Origin: Chiloscyllium plagiosum
Taxonomy: Eukaryota
DNA: 64,000 nt
Assembly (NCBI RefSeq): GCF_004010195.1
Contig: NC_057718.1
Location: forward strand, 77,078,079 to 77,142,078
Direction of reading: 5' to 3'
Part shown: one piece after another, positions 11,778 through 24,189 of the stretch
Layout of the letters: each line of letters begins with the position of its first letter
How positions within the stretch are numbered: the first letter of the stretch is position 1
The notes under the pieces: model-generated
What the model was told of the DNA's origin: nothing
Seen by the model: only the letters and a program-made list of their open reading frames with translations
Databases searched by the model: none
Translations under genes and position numbers: made by a program

Positions 11778-12863
11778 ATGGATTACATTTACGATAACTA
11801 TGGTTACTTTGAATACAACAGTACTTTTGATTATAACGGCATGGAATTCTTGTGTACAATGAATGATACCAGGAAATTTACATGGGTGTTTATTCCAGTT
11901 TTGTATTCAATCATCACTGCAGCAGGCGTTATTGGCAATGGTTTGGTTGTGTTAACCTATTCCCTTTACAAGAAGGTGAAGTCTATGACTGACATGTACC
12001 TAATGAATTTGGCTATAGCCGATATACTGTTTGTAGTTACTTTACCATTCTGGGCTGCAAATGAAGCAAATGGGTGGATCTTCAAGGACATTGGATGTAA
12101 AGTTCTCAAGGGGCTGTACAGCGTCAACTTCTACAGTGGGATGTTGTTGCTAGCTGTTATTAGTATTGATCGATATATTGCTATCGTTCACGCAACTAAG
12201 TCCTTCAATTACAGAGGAAAGGCACTGATTTACAGTAAAATTATTTGTGTAGTTATCTGGCTATCTGGAATTGTTGTATCCCTGCCAACATTTGTTTTTA
12301 GTGAAATGTACAAGTTTCAAACAACTGGAGAATATATATGTGATATCAGGTACCCTAAAAACTATTCAAGTATTGGTAAAATGATTGCTCCAACAATACA
12401 ACTCACACTGGGGTTTTTTATACCTCTTTTAATCATGGTTTTCTGTTATTCATTAATAATTAACACACTTATCCAAGCCAGAAACTTCCAAAGGCATAAG
12501 GCATTTCGAGTTGTATTGGCAGTAGTGATAGCATTTGTCTTCTGCCAAGTGCCATACAATGTCATTGTACTTTATGAAACTTTAGTTAAAACAGACAAAT
12601 GTGACCTTCACAAACAAATGACCATTGTGCGTACAGTAACACAATCTTTGGCCTTTTTACATTGCTGTCTAAACCCTGTTCTCTATGCATTTATTGGTGT
12701 TAAGTTCCGGTTTTATTTTACAAAAATTATTCGAGATATCTGGTGTTTAAGCAAAAGGTACATGACATTTCGCCACAGTCCATCCAGGCGTACCAGTGAA
12801 ACATTTGTGTCAAAGCGCACTTCTGATTTTGATATTGACAACCCATCATCTTTTACGGTATGA
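11778..12863 (+). CDS. CCR6: C-C chemokine receptor type 6-like (class A GPCR), single coding exon, 361 aa
   Basis: Seven hydrophobic segments; GN (TM1), LAIAD and TLP (TM2), DRYIAIV, CQVPYN, HCCLNPVLYAFIG; Tyr/acid-rich N-terminus and conserved extracellular Cys. ATKSF, SKIIC, RHKA.RV, LAFLHCCLNPVLYAFIG.KFR and the C-terminal DNPSSFTV resemble CCR6 (human ends DNASSFTM, from memory) more than CCR7/CCR9. Confidence 0.93.
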   Translation: MDYIYDNYGYFEYNSTFDYNGMEFLCTMNDTRKFTWVFIPVLYSIITAAGVIGNGLVVLTYSLYKKVKSMTDMYLMNLAIADILFVVTLPFWAANEANGWIFKDIGCKVLKGLYSVNFYSGMLLLAVISIDRYIAIVHATKSFNYRGKALIYSKIICVVIWLSGIVVSLPTFVFSEMYKFQTTGEYICDIRYPKNYSSIGKMIAPTIQLTLGFFIPLLIMVFCYSLIINTLIQARNFQRHKAFRVVLAVVIAFVFCQVPYNVIVLYETLVKTDKCDLHKQMTIVRTVTQSLAFLHCCLNPVLYAFIGVKFRFYFTKIIRDIWCLSKRYMTFRHSPSRRTSETFVSKRTSDFDIDNPSSFTV

Positions 12864-13179
12864 TCTTCACCTTTTTACATTAACTCTTTAAATTCAAACT
12901 TCACGCCAAAGTGGGATGTTAAAATACTGTTTCACAATCTTTTCTGCTAATATATTACTGCATAGTGTATGTATAAGGAATATAAGAATAGGATTCGAGG
13001 TCTAGTATGCTCTTTCACACCACAGAATACTTTGATTTTCCCCATCTGTCACTTTGCTGAATCTCTTGTTGAAAATGATAACTCCCAAGAAAATAAACTT
13101 CCTGACAAAAGAAGCACAAGATGATAATTTCAAAATTAAATTCTTATCCATCTATATTTATAGTGGCAAGTGGAAAACA

Positions 13180-13460
13180 TTCCATCATTCTTCTGACTTG
13201 TGCCTCGTTGATGGTGAAAGGGCTTTGGTGGGCCAAAAGGCGAGTTATTCACCAATTAATAGCTAGCCTTTGATTTGCTGTTGTAGTCACAATTTATTTG
13301 GCTGGTCTAATTAGATTTGTACCCTCGAATGCCAATAGCAGGGGATTCAATAACAGCAAATGCCATGAATGTCAAGGGAAGGTGGTCAGGTTCTCTTTTA
13401 TTACAACTAGTCATTGAATGGCACTTGTGTATCATGTATGTTATTTGTCAATTTACATCA
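13180..13460 (-). mobile_element. Degenerate fragment of the same old CR1-group LINE as 300-965
   Basis: Reverse complement aligns by eye (caaggctagctat..., ccccTgctattggcattc, ccttgacattca). Confidence 0.5.
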
Positions 13461-13863
13461 CAATTCCTGTTCAGATCTTGCAGCAACTAAATTAATCATG
13501 GGTAATTTATAAGCTCAGTGTTTATTGAACTGATGATATAAGAATCTAAGAGAAAGTAGTAAGACATAGGATCATGTGGGACAGTCTGCCATTCAGTTAG
13601 ATCGGGGATGAATTTTCCACATCAACTTCACTTACCTGCCAGATCCCTGTACCCCTTAATTTCCTTAGTTCCTCACAATGTTATCTAATTCAATAAGATC
13701 ACCTCACATTCTTCAAATTCATGGATCTATTCTACTCACTCTTTTAAAAAATGATAGTGCAGGAATCCCAAGAGTGAATATAGATAACCTGTGATGCAAC
13801 CATTCTTGCTCATATCCTCTGAGATATCTTCTGAAAACTCAATGTCAGTTTTCACACTAAAAT

Positions 13864-14086
13864 AAAACAAAGAACTGTAGATCTGAAAATCTGAAACAGA
13901 AACAGAAGTATTGAAAAACTCAGCAGATCTGGCAGCATCTGTGGAGAGAAAACAGAGCTAACATTTCAAGTCCAGTGACCTTTCAATTCTGAAGAAGAGT
14001 CACTGGACTTGAAACATTAACCCTGTTTTCTCTCCTCAGATGCTGCCAGATCTGCTGAGTTTCTCCAATTTCTGTTTTTGTGTCCA
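13864..14086. mobile_element. Palindromic PLE-derived insertion (family C), ~1 kb downstream of the CCR6 stop
   Basis: Arms aaactcagcagatctggcagcatctgtggagagaaaacag and ctgttttctctcctcagatgctgccagatctgctgagttt; motif ctgaaga-a-gagtc-actg-gactt-gaaacatt-aac; imperfect TSD ttttcacac(a)taaaat at 13849-13863 and 14087-14102. Confidence 0.8.
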
Positions 14087-14279
14087 TTTTCACACATAAA
14101 ATGGCAACAACCAGTACTATTAACTCAAAACTGCTTGTCTGGCATTAGATACTGGATGAACAGAAAGTTCCCTAATCAAATATTGAACAAATGAAACCAT
14201 TGTCTTTGATTTCCCCCCAGTGACCTTCACTTCTGGCCTGTGTACTTTTGCTGGTAAGTGTCTGAGGCTGAACTAGACT

Positions 14280-14551
14280 TTAGATTCACAGAATTCCTAC
14301 AATGCGAAAAGAGGCCATTTGGCCCATCGAGTCTGCACCGACCCTCCAAAGAGAATTCCACCCTATTCTGATAACCCTGTGTTTTACCTCGGCCAATCCA
14401 CCTAACCTGCATGTCTTAGGACTGTGGGAGGACACCCATTCAGACACGGGGACACACACTCCACACAGACAGTTACCCAAAGTTGGCATTGGACGTGGGT
14501 CCCTGGCACTGAGTGGCAGCAAAGCTAACCAAAGAGCCACTGTGCTGCCCA
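14280..14551 (-). mobile_element. HE1/V-SINE-type tRNA-derived SINE
   Basis: Reverse complement starts gggcagcacagtggctctttggttagc (A box) and ends with a CR1-like tail. Confidence 0.8.
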
Positions 14552-14639
14552 CAGTCTATCATTTTCAGGAAGCGAGTTTTCAATGACATAATTGTGTTGC
14601 ACTGTCACTGATGCAACTTATTTTAGCCTTTGTAATATT

Positions 14640-15185
14640 GACCAGTTTCACCCCTGTTGAAATCTTTATCTGTGCCCTTGTCACCTCCAGGTTTCTCCAA
14701 AGTAACGCATTCCAGACTAGCTTCATATTCTAGCTGCTGTAAATTTGGGATCATACACAAATCTGTTGTTCATATTCTAACCTGCACTGAATCTTATTAA
14801 CCTTGTACTTGCTAATATATGCTGCCTTCTAGTTAAGCAACACCTTTGTTTCACAGTTTTCGTCACTTTTTCCATCCCTCTGTAATCCTCTCCCTCGCCC
14901 CAGAACCCTTTGAGATATCTACAATTTGGCATGACTGATTTTAATTGCTACACTGTTACTGACTGTGCAAATCATAAACTTTGAAATTCCCTCCAAAAAC
15001 CTTTTGTCCATACTTCTCTATTTTAAGATATTCATTAAAAATTAATTATTGTCTAAACTTTTGTTGACCCACCCTCATATCTCCTGATGTGGTTCGGTGT
15101 CATACTTTTATTTTTTAATGTTCTGTGAAACCCTCCAGGATATTTAATCATATTAAATTCACAGCATAAATTCAAGTGATTTTTG
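14640..15185 (+). mobile_element. Highly degenerate L2-type LINE 3' region
   Basis: gaaatctttatctgtgcccttgtcacctccagg resembles the L2 motif ETLIHAFVTSRLD; heavily decayed. Confidence 0.4.
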
Positions 15186-16124
15186 TTATATTTCATTCTC
15201 TTTGTAATAAAGTTTAATATATAATTCGCCTTCTTAATTGCTTCAGTACCATCATGCTAACTTACTGTGTTCTGTACAAAGACTCTCAAATCCCTCTTGT
15301 TTCCAGAAGCACAATCGAAACTTGATTTACATATTAACTGGATTTCTGTAATACAGAAATGTAGTAGTACTTTTTCAAAAAAATTCAAAAATTCAAATAT
15401 TTATATTAACTGAGTCTATTTGCTTCAATATTTCTAATTTCTTTTGTTATGATAATTTTACACAATCCATTCTAAGAAAACTATTTTTTCTTTAGTATGA
15501 AATGTACTTTTTATTATACTTGTTGGAATTTGCAGCACAGAAACAGGATATTTGTTTCAATTGTTTTCTGCCATTACTTAATCTAACCATATCAATATAA
15601 ACTTCTGTTCTTGTTTAATCTCCCCTCACCTGAATAATGAAGAATATATAAATTGTCTCCAGTTGTGAAGAGAAATCTTATATACCAGCTCTGGTGATCA
15701 GATTTATCACAAAATCAATTACATGTTGACTATTGAAAGTCAATATATATAATAACCTTACTGTTGTGGAGTACTGGGGGTGATACATTGAGATTATTAC
15801 AGCTCAGAATTAAGCACCTTTGTAGGTTATGGGACTTCTTTGCAAAAATTGCAGTATTTGTGCTACAATTTCATTTTCAAATTTCTGAGATTGATTGTAA
15901 GCTGTTATGTTGTACAAGTCGTTCTGCTATAATGCATGTTTCATCAACACGAGCTCACCGAAATGTAATTGACAGATGGGGCGCTGTTTGTAAAGCACAA
16001 ACTTTTAAAATATATGTTTGCTATAGTGTGATCGCATCACCAACACTTTGTATTACGTGATTCTTGTATAGCGGAGGGTCGCACAGGAACACGACTTTTG
16101 TGCTATAGAAGAAATGACAATCTG

Positions 16125-16402
16125 GGGTACAATTCTGGCTCAGTGGTTCGCACTGCTGCCTCACAGCACCCGGGACCTGGGTTCGATACCAACCTCGGGC
16201 GACTATTTGTGTGGAGTTTGCACATTGTCTGTGTGGGTTTCCCCCCACAATCCAAAGATGTGCAGGTCCAGTGAATTGGCCATGCTAAATTGCCCCTAGT
16301 ATTAGGTGCATTAGTCAGGGGTAAATATAGTGTAGGAGAATGGGTCTGGGTAGGTTATTCTTCGGAGGGTTGGTGTGGACATGTTGGGCTGAAGGGCCTG
16401 TT
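16125..16402 (+). mobile_element. HE1/V-SINE-type SINE
   Basis: A box tggctcagtgg, B box ggttcgatacc, core tgtgtggagtttgcacatt...gaattggccatgctaaattgccc. Confidence 0.85.
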
Positions 16403-16914
16403 GAGCTGATTAATACATGCTCATTCTTTTCAGTAAATCAGTGCTTGTTAATGTGGATTTTACATTCTTTTTACCAAATGATTAATTTTACAATTGAAAA
16501 AAGATACACATTGAATTTATTTTATATTTTGTAGAATTGTTAATATGAAAATGCAGGTTAATTTTTTTACATTGAATTCTGATACAGTACTTAACATTAC
16601 CACTGTCACGGAAACCTTTTTTTTAGGATAATGCTCAGTTTTAAGGTTGATGATTAAAAGCATTGTATTCTTGATGTATTCAATTTGTATTCTGTTTATA
16701 AATAGAAATATTTCATCAGGTCACTGTGTTTACTTAAAATTAATTTTTAATCAATTATGTGTTCAAAAACTCAAATTGAGATAGAATTCTATGTGTTGGT
16801 GAGGAATGATGTGCTATCATGATAAGAGTTCTGAAGAGTTTGACAAGGTACTACTGCTTATGCAAAAAGCTGCATAAAATACCCAAATGATAACTCTCCT
16901 TAAAGTGATACATA

Positions 16915-17640
16915 AGTTGAAACAAAACTGAATGTGCTGGAGAAACTCAGTATCTGTAGAAAAAAACAAAGTTATTGCTTTTAGTCCAGTAACCCTTTGT
17001 CAGAACTGAAAATAAGTGAGAAATGATGTTATTTATACTGATGACAGGGCTGGGGGTGGGGGGTAGAGTGAATAGGAGTACACCGAGATTGTGCCCAGCC
17101 AGAGAGAGAAAAGGGATAGACATATAATGCCTAGATTGATGATGTTAAGCTGAGATAAAAATGTTGTCAAGAAGAATAAATGGTTGAAAATGAGTTGGCT
17201 GTATTGGGAGCAACCCTACAAATTGCACCTAGTGGTGTGGGGGTAGATAATGAAGATGTAGGAGGGTTCTCGCATTCTGAAGTTATTAAACTCAATATTG
17301 ATTCCTGAAAGTTGTAAAGTGGAAGATAAGGTATTTTTCATACAGCTTATATTGATATTCAAAACAGAATTGTTGAGGAAAAGGGTCATCCAAGTGAAGG
17401 TCAGTGCGGGGTGAAAGTTGGAAGGAAACTTGACAATTTTTCCAATTCCAGATGAGAGAGGGAAGCAGCACTGATTATGTCATTGATGTACCAGAGAAAC
17501 AGTTAAGGAGAGGGACCTGAGTAGGATTGGAACAAGGCATGTTCCACATAAACCAAAAGAAACAAGCATAACTGGGGCACCAAGAGGGTACCCACATCCA
17601 CAACTACTTGAAAGTGAGAATGAAGGTGAACCCTTCCTTG
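16915..17640 (-). mobile_element. Degenerate Penelope-like element (family C terminal repeat plus RT relic)
   Basis: Minus strand across frameshifts: GT..(G)PSYAC..GYVEHALFQSYSG..LFLWYINDII (PLE RT, YIDD-like). The family C terminal sequence sits at the element 3' end (16915-17010). Confidence 0.7.
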
Positions 17641-17719
17641 TCCTTGTTCTGATCTATTACAGAATCAATAAAGACTTTTCCTTCTGTGCAGTGAGGAAGT
17701 GCAGTAAAATAAACACAAA

Positions 17720-17925
17720 AAAACTGCAGAAATCTGAAAGAAAAAGAATTCTGAGAAGCTGAGGATGTCAGTCAGCATTGTTAACAGAAAAATAGAGTTA
17801 ATGTTTGGAGTCCAGAGACCTTTTTGTGTTCTGACAAAAGGTCACTGGACGTGAAATGTTAACTTCGTTTCTCGCTCAACAGATGCTGCCAGACCTCCTG
17901 TGTTTCGTTAGCATTCAGTTTTTCG
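17720..17925. mobile_element. Degenerate palindromic family C insertion
   Basis: gagttaatgtttggagtccagagaccttt..ttctgacaaaaggtcactggacgtgaaatgttaact; same architecture as 13864-14086. Confidence 0.6.
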
Positions 17926-19394
17926 TTGAGGACACACAGCATTTTTTTATAAGGAGTGTTTACTTTGCTGACTTTAATCTCAGCTACAGTCCTGTGGAGA
18001 GTGCTAATCAGATGCCTGATAAGCTCCAAACTAAGATGGTAAGAATGTGATGAAAAAAAGAATGTGATGGAATTAAATGGCCCCTATTGGTGTTCAATTC
18101 AGATAAATACTGGTAGAAGGTACAGGAAAAGGCTTGAAAAGCTTTAGTTGTTTTAAAAGTTTATTACTGTATATTCAAATCAATCATTTAAAATAACACA
18201 AGTTGTGAATAAATGTATCCATGCTGCATGGAAGAGTTTATGATAAGATTTATGATTTTGCTTTACTGTCATGTTCTCAAATGAATGAAAGTCAATGTGT
18301 ACTGTTTATAGAAATAAATGCATAAAAGTATTCCTTGTTTATCATTTATTACTATTGTGCCATGAACAATTGTATTGTTCCAACTTGATTTCATTAACAT
18401 TATGATCTAACTAGCGGTCTGTGATAGCCAAGTTGTTCTATAGCTTAAGCAGTGGTCTGAAAACAGAGTACTGAGAGTGGAAAAAAAGGAAGTGGGAGTG
18501 TGTTTTCTTATTCTGCAGAAACCTTGCAGAAATGTAGTGATGGCTCTTGCCATTTTCGCAGGAGGCCTCCTGTCTTATCTGGTTTACAATAGCTAGTAGT
18601 GGGAAATGAGATGTGCAGATAAGACCTGGTAGGGACAGTCTATACTTTGTGGAATTGCTGGATTAGTACTCTTTTTGAGAGTTAAATTACCCTTTTGGAA
18701 GTTGTCCTGAGACACCTTTGGGGGAAGTAAGTTGCCCTTTTAGAATTGTTACAGGTAGACATGACATTGTATGCAAAGTGCTTAAACTCATTGGAATTAC
18801 CAAGCTCATTGGAACTCTCAACAAAGTAGTAAAAAGAAGATTCTAAAATGAACTGTCAATAGAGTTGTTAAAATGAATTATCAATAGAGCCATGAAAATG
18901 AGACATCAAGTTCTCAAGACATGTTTACTCTTTCTGTTTTAATATTTGGGAACAAAAATCTGCAATGTTTTTTTTAAAAAAAGCGCTGGCTATTTCACTG
19001 TATCTGTTGACATAAGCCTGAGGATTTTCATTACTAGATGAATGCTTCATGACTAATTTTACAACCCTCCATTATTATGGTGTGGTTCCACCCAATTTAC
19101 AGTTGGATTGACAGTTCTACTTGATTATAGACTCTTTGAAATAGAACTATGAATCTCAATAGGTGTTTCACAAGGCATTAAATTACTATAAATGTAGTGA
19201 AGAAGTGTCTATCAATGAAAGCTTTTTTCAAAGAGTAATTATTTTAATTTAAACAACTAATATAGTTGGGCATTCAGTGATGGTAGCACCATTGAATGTC
19301 AAGGGGTAATGATTAGATTATCTTTTATTGGAGATGGTCATTTCCTGGCAATTGCTACTAAGCCACTCTTGGTGGTGGACACTGAAATTCCTGA

Positions 19395-19815
19395 CCGAGA
19401 ATACATTTTGCTTTGGAAATAAAACCAATTTGACTCCAGGTTAGAACACAGACTGTTAACAGGACCTCACACCTAAAATGCATTGTCTAACCTGAGATGT
19501 CACCACTTGTATACACTGATAAAACTTGTAGTTATCTCGGGGCAGTGACTTGAAAGAAATTCTGGGATTTTCATTTTAATCATTCAAAATCTGCATCTCC
19601 TTTTTAACTGATTAGAGATTTAACGCAAGGGAGTCAGCCATTTTAAGTTTGTTCAATACATTCGTGTCAGTTGTATGACCTTTTGATCTTTTACTTAAAA
19701 ATTCTGTCTTTTGCATCCTCTTTCATTACACCTGATGAAAGAACAACACTCCGAAAGCTAGTGTTTTTAAATAAACCTGTTGGACTTTCACTTGGTGAGA
19801 TGTGATTTTTGACGT
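19395..19815 (+). mobile_element. Longer family B PLE-type 3' terminal segment
   Basis: Ends in cacctgatgaaagaacaacactccgaaagctagtg...aaacctgttggact; the upstream part matches 28180-28240. Confidence 0.6.
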
Positions 19816-20289
19816 TACCTTTTGCAGGAATAATCTGAGAACAAGTAAAACTTAAGTATTGGCAGCATGCTTGAAAAACACTTGTAATCAAGATCAAACA
19901 CGAGCAAGAAAAACAATTACCACCTTCATACCCAAGTCATGGCAAGAGGTGGTGGTGTTGTTTGTACTATCACTGAGTTAGAACTCCAGAATCTTAAATA
20001 ATTTCAAGTGACAAGAATTTGAATATCCCATGGCAGATTGTGAAATTTCAATGCAATAAAATCTGAAATTAAAAGCTGGCTTAAAGGAAACCATGAAATC
20101 ATTGTTGATTACCCTAAAAAAATCTAGATCTCTAATGCCCTTCAGGGAAGGAAGTATGTCATCCTTCTCCTGGAGAAGAGTCTATGGGACTCTGAATATT
20201 AACTCCTTCTTTCTCCACAGAGCCTGCGAGACCTGCTAAGTTTCTCCAGCATTCTCTGTGCTTGTTACAAATTTCCAGCCTCTGCAGTA

Positions 20290-21985
20290 CTTTGCCTTGA
20301 TTAATTGTCATTATCTTAATTGTGACTCCATATCTATAGCAATGTGAATGACTCTTAATGACCCTGTTAAATCAATTTTATCAAACCTTAAAGGAATGAA
20401 ACCCAAGCATGATACAGACATTGAAGCAACAATGGCAAATTCAACCATCTTAATCCCCAGAATATCTTCTTTTGTAATATCTGAGGGTTTCATGCCAAAA
20501 CTGGAAGAGCCGACCCACAGATAAGTCTAAAAATAACCTGACATAATCATACTCTTTGAATCATAGCTTAGAAAGTCCCAGAAACCACCATCATTTCTGG
20601 ATATATCATACACCACCAGCAAGGATAGACTGACCTGCAATGACATCATAGACATGTACGTTGAGATGAATTTGCTCTAGGAGTCCTCAACATTGCTGTC
20701 TGACTCTATGTAGTCTCATAGTATCAGGTCAAACAGGGACTGTGCTGATTATCATCCTCAGTTAATGAATCACATCCATGTTGAACATCATTAGGAGAAT
20801 GGCAAGCAATACAGAATACAGGTGGGGGATCTTCAATGTCCATTGCAAACAGTCACTCAGTAGCGTCACTACTCACTGGGCTGCCAAGTCTTGAAGAACA
20901 TAGCTGCCAGACTAGGTTTGAGGCAGACGGTGAGAGAACCAACAAAAAGGAGAAACTTATTAGATTTGACATCGCCCTTACCAATCTACCTGTCACAGAT
21001 GCAGAAAGAAAATAAAGAATTGCTGGAAATCTGAAACAAACACAGAAATTGCTCAAGAAACTCAACAGGTCTGGTAGGGTCTGTGGAGAGAAAGCAGAGT
21101 TAACATCAAATCAATAACTCTGGAAACAACATGCAAAGCGATTGTGGTTCAGAGCTAATGTCGTATTCAGTCATGAATGGTGGCAGACAATTAAATAAGT
21201 AACAGGAAGAGGAGGCTCTATAAATATTCTCCATCCTCAATGATGGTGAAGCGAAGCACATTAGTGCAAATGACAAGGCTGAAACCTTTCAAATCATCTT
21301 CAGCCGGAAGTTCCGAGTAGATGATTCATATTGGCCTCTTCCAGAGATCCCCAGCATCAGAGATGCAACTCTTCAAACAAGATGATTCATTCCAAGTGAT
21401 ATCAAGAAACAGCTGAAGGCACTGGACTTTGCAAAAGCTAATTCAGCTCTGATAACATTCTGGCAATAGTACTGCAGACTTGTGCTCAAGAACTAGGCAC
21501 ACTCGTAGCCAATTTGTGCCGGTACAACTACAACATTGGCATCTAACTGACAATATGGAAAACTGCCCAAGTAAATCTTATACACAAAAAGCAGGACAAA
21601 TCTAACCCATATAATGCTGTACTATTAGTCTGCACTTGATTATCAGTAAAGCATATGAAGGTATAATCAACTGTGTCTTAAGCAGCACTTTCTTTGTAAT
21701 TACCTGCTCACTGACACTAAGTTTGGGTTCCACCAGGGCTGTTCAACTCCTGACCTCATTAGAGCCTTGGTTCAAACATGAAAACATTTTGAGGTAAGGT
21801 TACAGTGATTGCCCTTGATAAAGGACACAGCATCAAGAAGCCTTAAAAAAACTGAATTCAATGAGAATGTGAGGGAAAATTCTCCACTTGTTCGAGTCAT
21901 ACCTAGCACAAAAAAAGATGGTTGCGGTTCTTAGAAGTCAATCGTCTCAGTCCCAGGACATTGCCACACAAGTTGCTCAGGGTAG
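20290..21985 (+). mobile_element. Degenerate CR1-group LINE ORF2 (endonuclease plus RT part), with a family C fragment at ~21003-21105
   Basis: Relics of GDFN (gggggatcttcaatgtccat), LDL..TN, WK.AQV..IHKKQDKSNP.N...ISL, FGFHQG.ST.DLI and V.QGS; many stops and frameshifts. Confidence 0.7.
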
Positions 21986-21989
21986 CTAT

Positions 21990-22868
21990 TTTCAAGTCAA
22001 ATTCAAAACAAATAAAATAAGGATGGAGGGTCAGGTGATGTGTTGTTTCTACATGATATGGGAGCTGGTGGACCCCATTGTGGTTCCCAGTGACCATGTC
22101 TGTCGTAAATATTGGTTGCTGGAAGAACTCCAGCTCAGTGACGATGAGCTGGAGTCTGAACTTCTAATACTACAACTCATTAGGGAGGGAGAGAGTTACC
22201 TGGATGCTGTATTTCAGGAGACAGTCACACCTCTTAAGCTAACTAACTCAAATTTGGTCAATGGACTGGGACAGAAGGGTGTGGCTGTGAATGAGACAGA
22301 TAGAGGAATCCAGGAGGAAGAGTTACAGGAGTCTCAGCCCTTGTCCTTGTCCAACAGGTTCAAGACTTGGACGGGAATGGGGGCTGCAGAGAGGATGAGC
22401 TGACTGACTTCACCACTGTGGTGCAGAGAGCCATTCAAATGGGGGGGTGAGAGAAATGTTGTTGTAATTTGGGATAGTATAGTTAGAGGCATAGACACTG
22501 TTCTCTGTGACCAGGATCGAGAATCCCAAATGTTGTGTTGCTTGCCTGGTGCTTGGGTCCGGGATATCTCAGCTGAGCTGTAGAGGAACTTGGAGTGGAA
22601 GGGTAACGATCTAGTGGTCATGGTCCACATAGGTGCCAATGACATAGATAAAAGTAGGGCAGAGGTTTTCTTAAGGGAGTATGAACAGCTAGGAGCTAAA
22701 TTAAAAAGCAGAAGCAAAAAGGTAATAATCTCTGGATTACTATCTGAACCATGAGCTAATTGGCACAGGGTCAATAAGATTAAGTAGATAAATATGTGGC
22801 TCAAAGATTGGTGTGGGAGAAATGGGTTTGAACTCATGAATACTTGGGAAGAAGGGACCTGTTCCAAT
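21990..22868 (+). mobile_element. CR1 LINE ORF1 region (Zn-binding N-terminus plus SGNH esterase), disrupted
   Basis: MEGQVMCCFYMIWELVD..HVCRKY.LLEELQL, LSNRF, VVVIWDSIVRGID, CCLPGA, VMVHIGAND. Confidence 0.8.
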
Positions 22869-24140
22869 AGTCAATTCTACCCAGCTTCTTCCTCATGTCT
22901 CTGTAGTTGCCTTTATTCAGCTGTGATTCTGTTACGTCTGATTCTATCTTCTCCTTCTCCAATTGCAAAGTAAATTCAATCATATTATGATCATTGCCTC
23001 TGAAGAGTTCATTCACCTTAATCTCCCTTATCAAGTCTGCCTCATTGCACGACAATAAATCCAGTGTTGCCTGTTCCTTCGTGGGGTCTGCCATAAGCTG
23101 CTCCAAAAAGCTATCTCATAGACATTGCACAACTTCCTTTTATTGCAATCCACTACCAATCTGCAGTCCACCTGCATATTAAAATCCCCCATGATCATTG
23201 TGACTTTGCTTTTCCTACACATCTTTTCTAACTCCTGGTGTATTAGATTAGATTACATTACATTACAGTGTAGAAACAGGCCCTTTGGCCCAACAAGTCC
23301 ACACCGACCCGCCGAAGCGAAACCCACCCATACCCCTACATTTACCCCTTACCTAACACTACGGGCAATTTAGCATGGCCAATTCACCTGACCCTGCACA
23401 TCTTTTGGACTGTGGGAGGAAACCGGAGCACCCGGAGGAAACCCACGCAGACACGGGGAGAACGTGCAAACTTCACACAGTCGCCTGAGGCGGGAATTGA
23501 ACCCGGGTCTCAGGCGCTGTGAGGCAGCAGTGCTAACCACTGTGCCACCGTGCCGCCCGTGTATCTTGCACCCCAGCTCCTAACTACTGTTTGAAGGCCT
23601 GTACATAACTCCAACTATGCTGTTCCTCACCTTTGCTGTTCCTCAATTCTACCCACACTGATTCTACACCATCTGATTCTACTTCGTTTCTTATTATTGA
23701 TTTAATTTAATTTCTGACTAATAAGGCAACACCACCACCTTTGCCTACCTGCCTATCTTTTGGATAGGATGTATATCCTTGAATATTCAGCTCCCAGTCC
23801 TGATCCCCTTGCAGCCACATCTCCATGATGCCCACATCTTACCTGACAATTTCGATCTGCATCACAAGCTCATTTACTTTATTCCTTATGCTGCGTGCAT
23901 TCACTTATAACACTTTCAGTCCTGTATTAGTCATCCCTCTTCTCATTGTCATTTGTTTGTCCAGCATTGATTGTTAACCCTTTCCCTACTATTTGTATTT
24001 TTTTTTAATCTTTATGGTTCCCCTGTTCTGATTTGTGTCTGTGCTGGAGATTTTAATAACCTCTCCTGAGTTCTGTGCTCTTACTTCCTCCTTTAGTTCA
24101 GATTTTCTAATTTCCCCTATAACTGAACCTGTGCAGTTAC
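22869..24140 (-). mobile_element. CR1 LINE endonuclease region in opposite orientation, containing a SINE
   Basis: Minus strand: MIMGDFNMQVD, LDLLSCNEADLIREIKV, NDHNMIEF, LNKGNYRDM. Confidence 0.8.
23244..23558 (-). mobile_element. Full-length, young HE1/V-SINE-type SINE
   Basis: Starts gggcggcacggtggcacagtggttagc, B box ggttcaattcc, (taatg/taatc)n tail; TSD gtgtat at 23238-23243 and 23559-23564. Confidence 0.92.
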
Positions 24141-24189
24141 TGCCTTTGCTTTGAATTCAAGTATCGCTGGACATTACAGTGCGTCTGGG

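Noticed and set aside
12864..18320. CCR6 poly(A) site
   Set aside because: Several AATAAA hexamers in AT-rich DNA (~13092, 13861, 15205, 18313); cannot choose without transcript data.
18420..19170. Solo LTR (TG...CA)
   Set aside because: No TSD, primer-binding site, polypurine tract or second copy found.
23244..23558. tRNA genes (A and B boxes in many places)
   Set aside because: These are SINE heads followed by the SINE core and tail, not tRNA cloverleafs.
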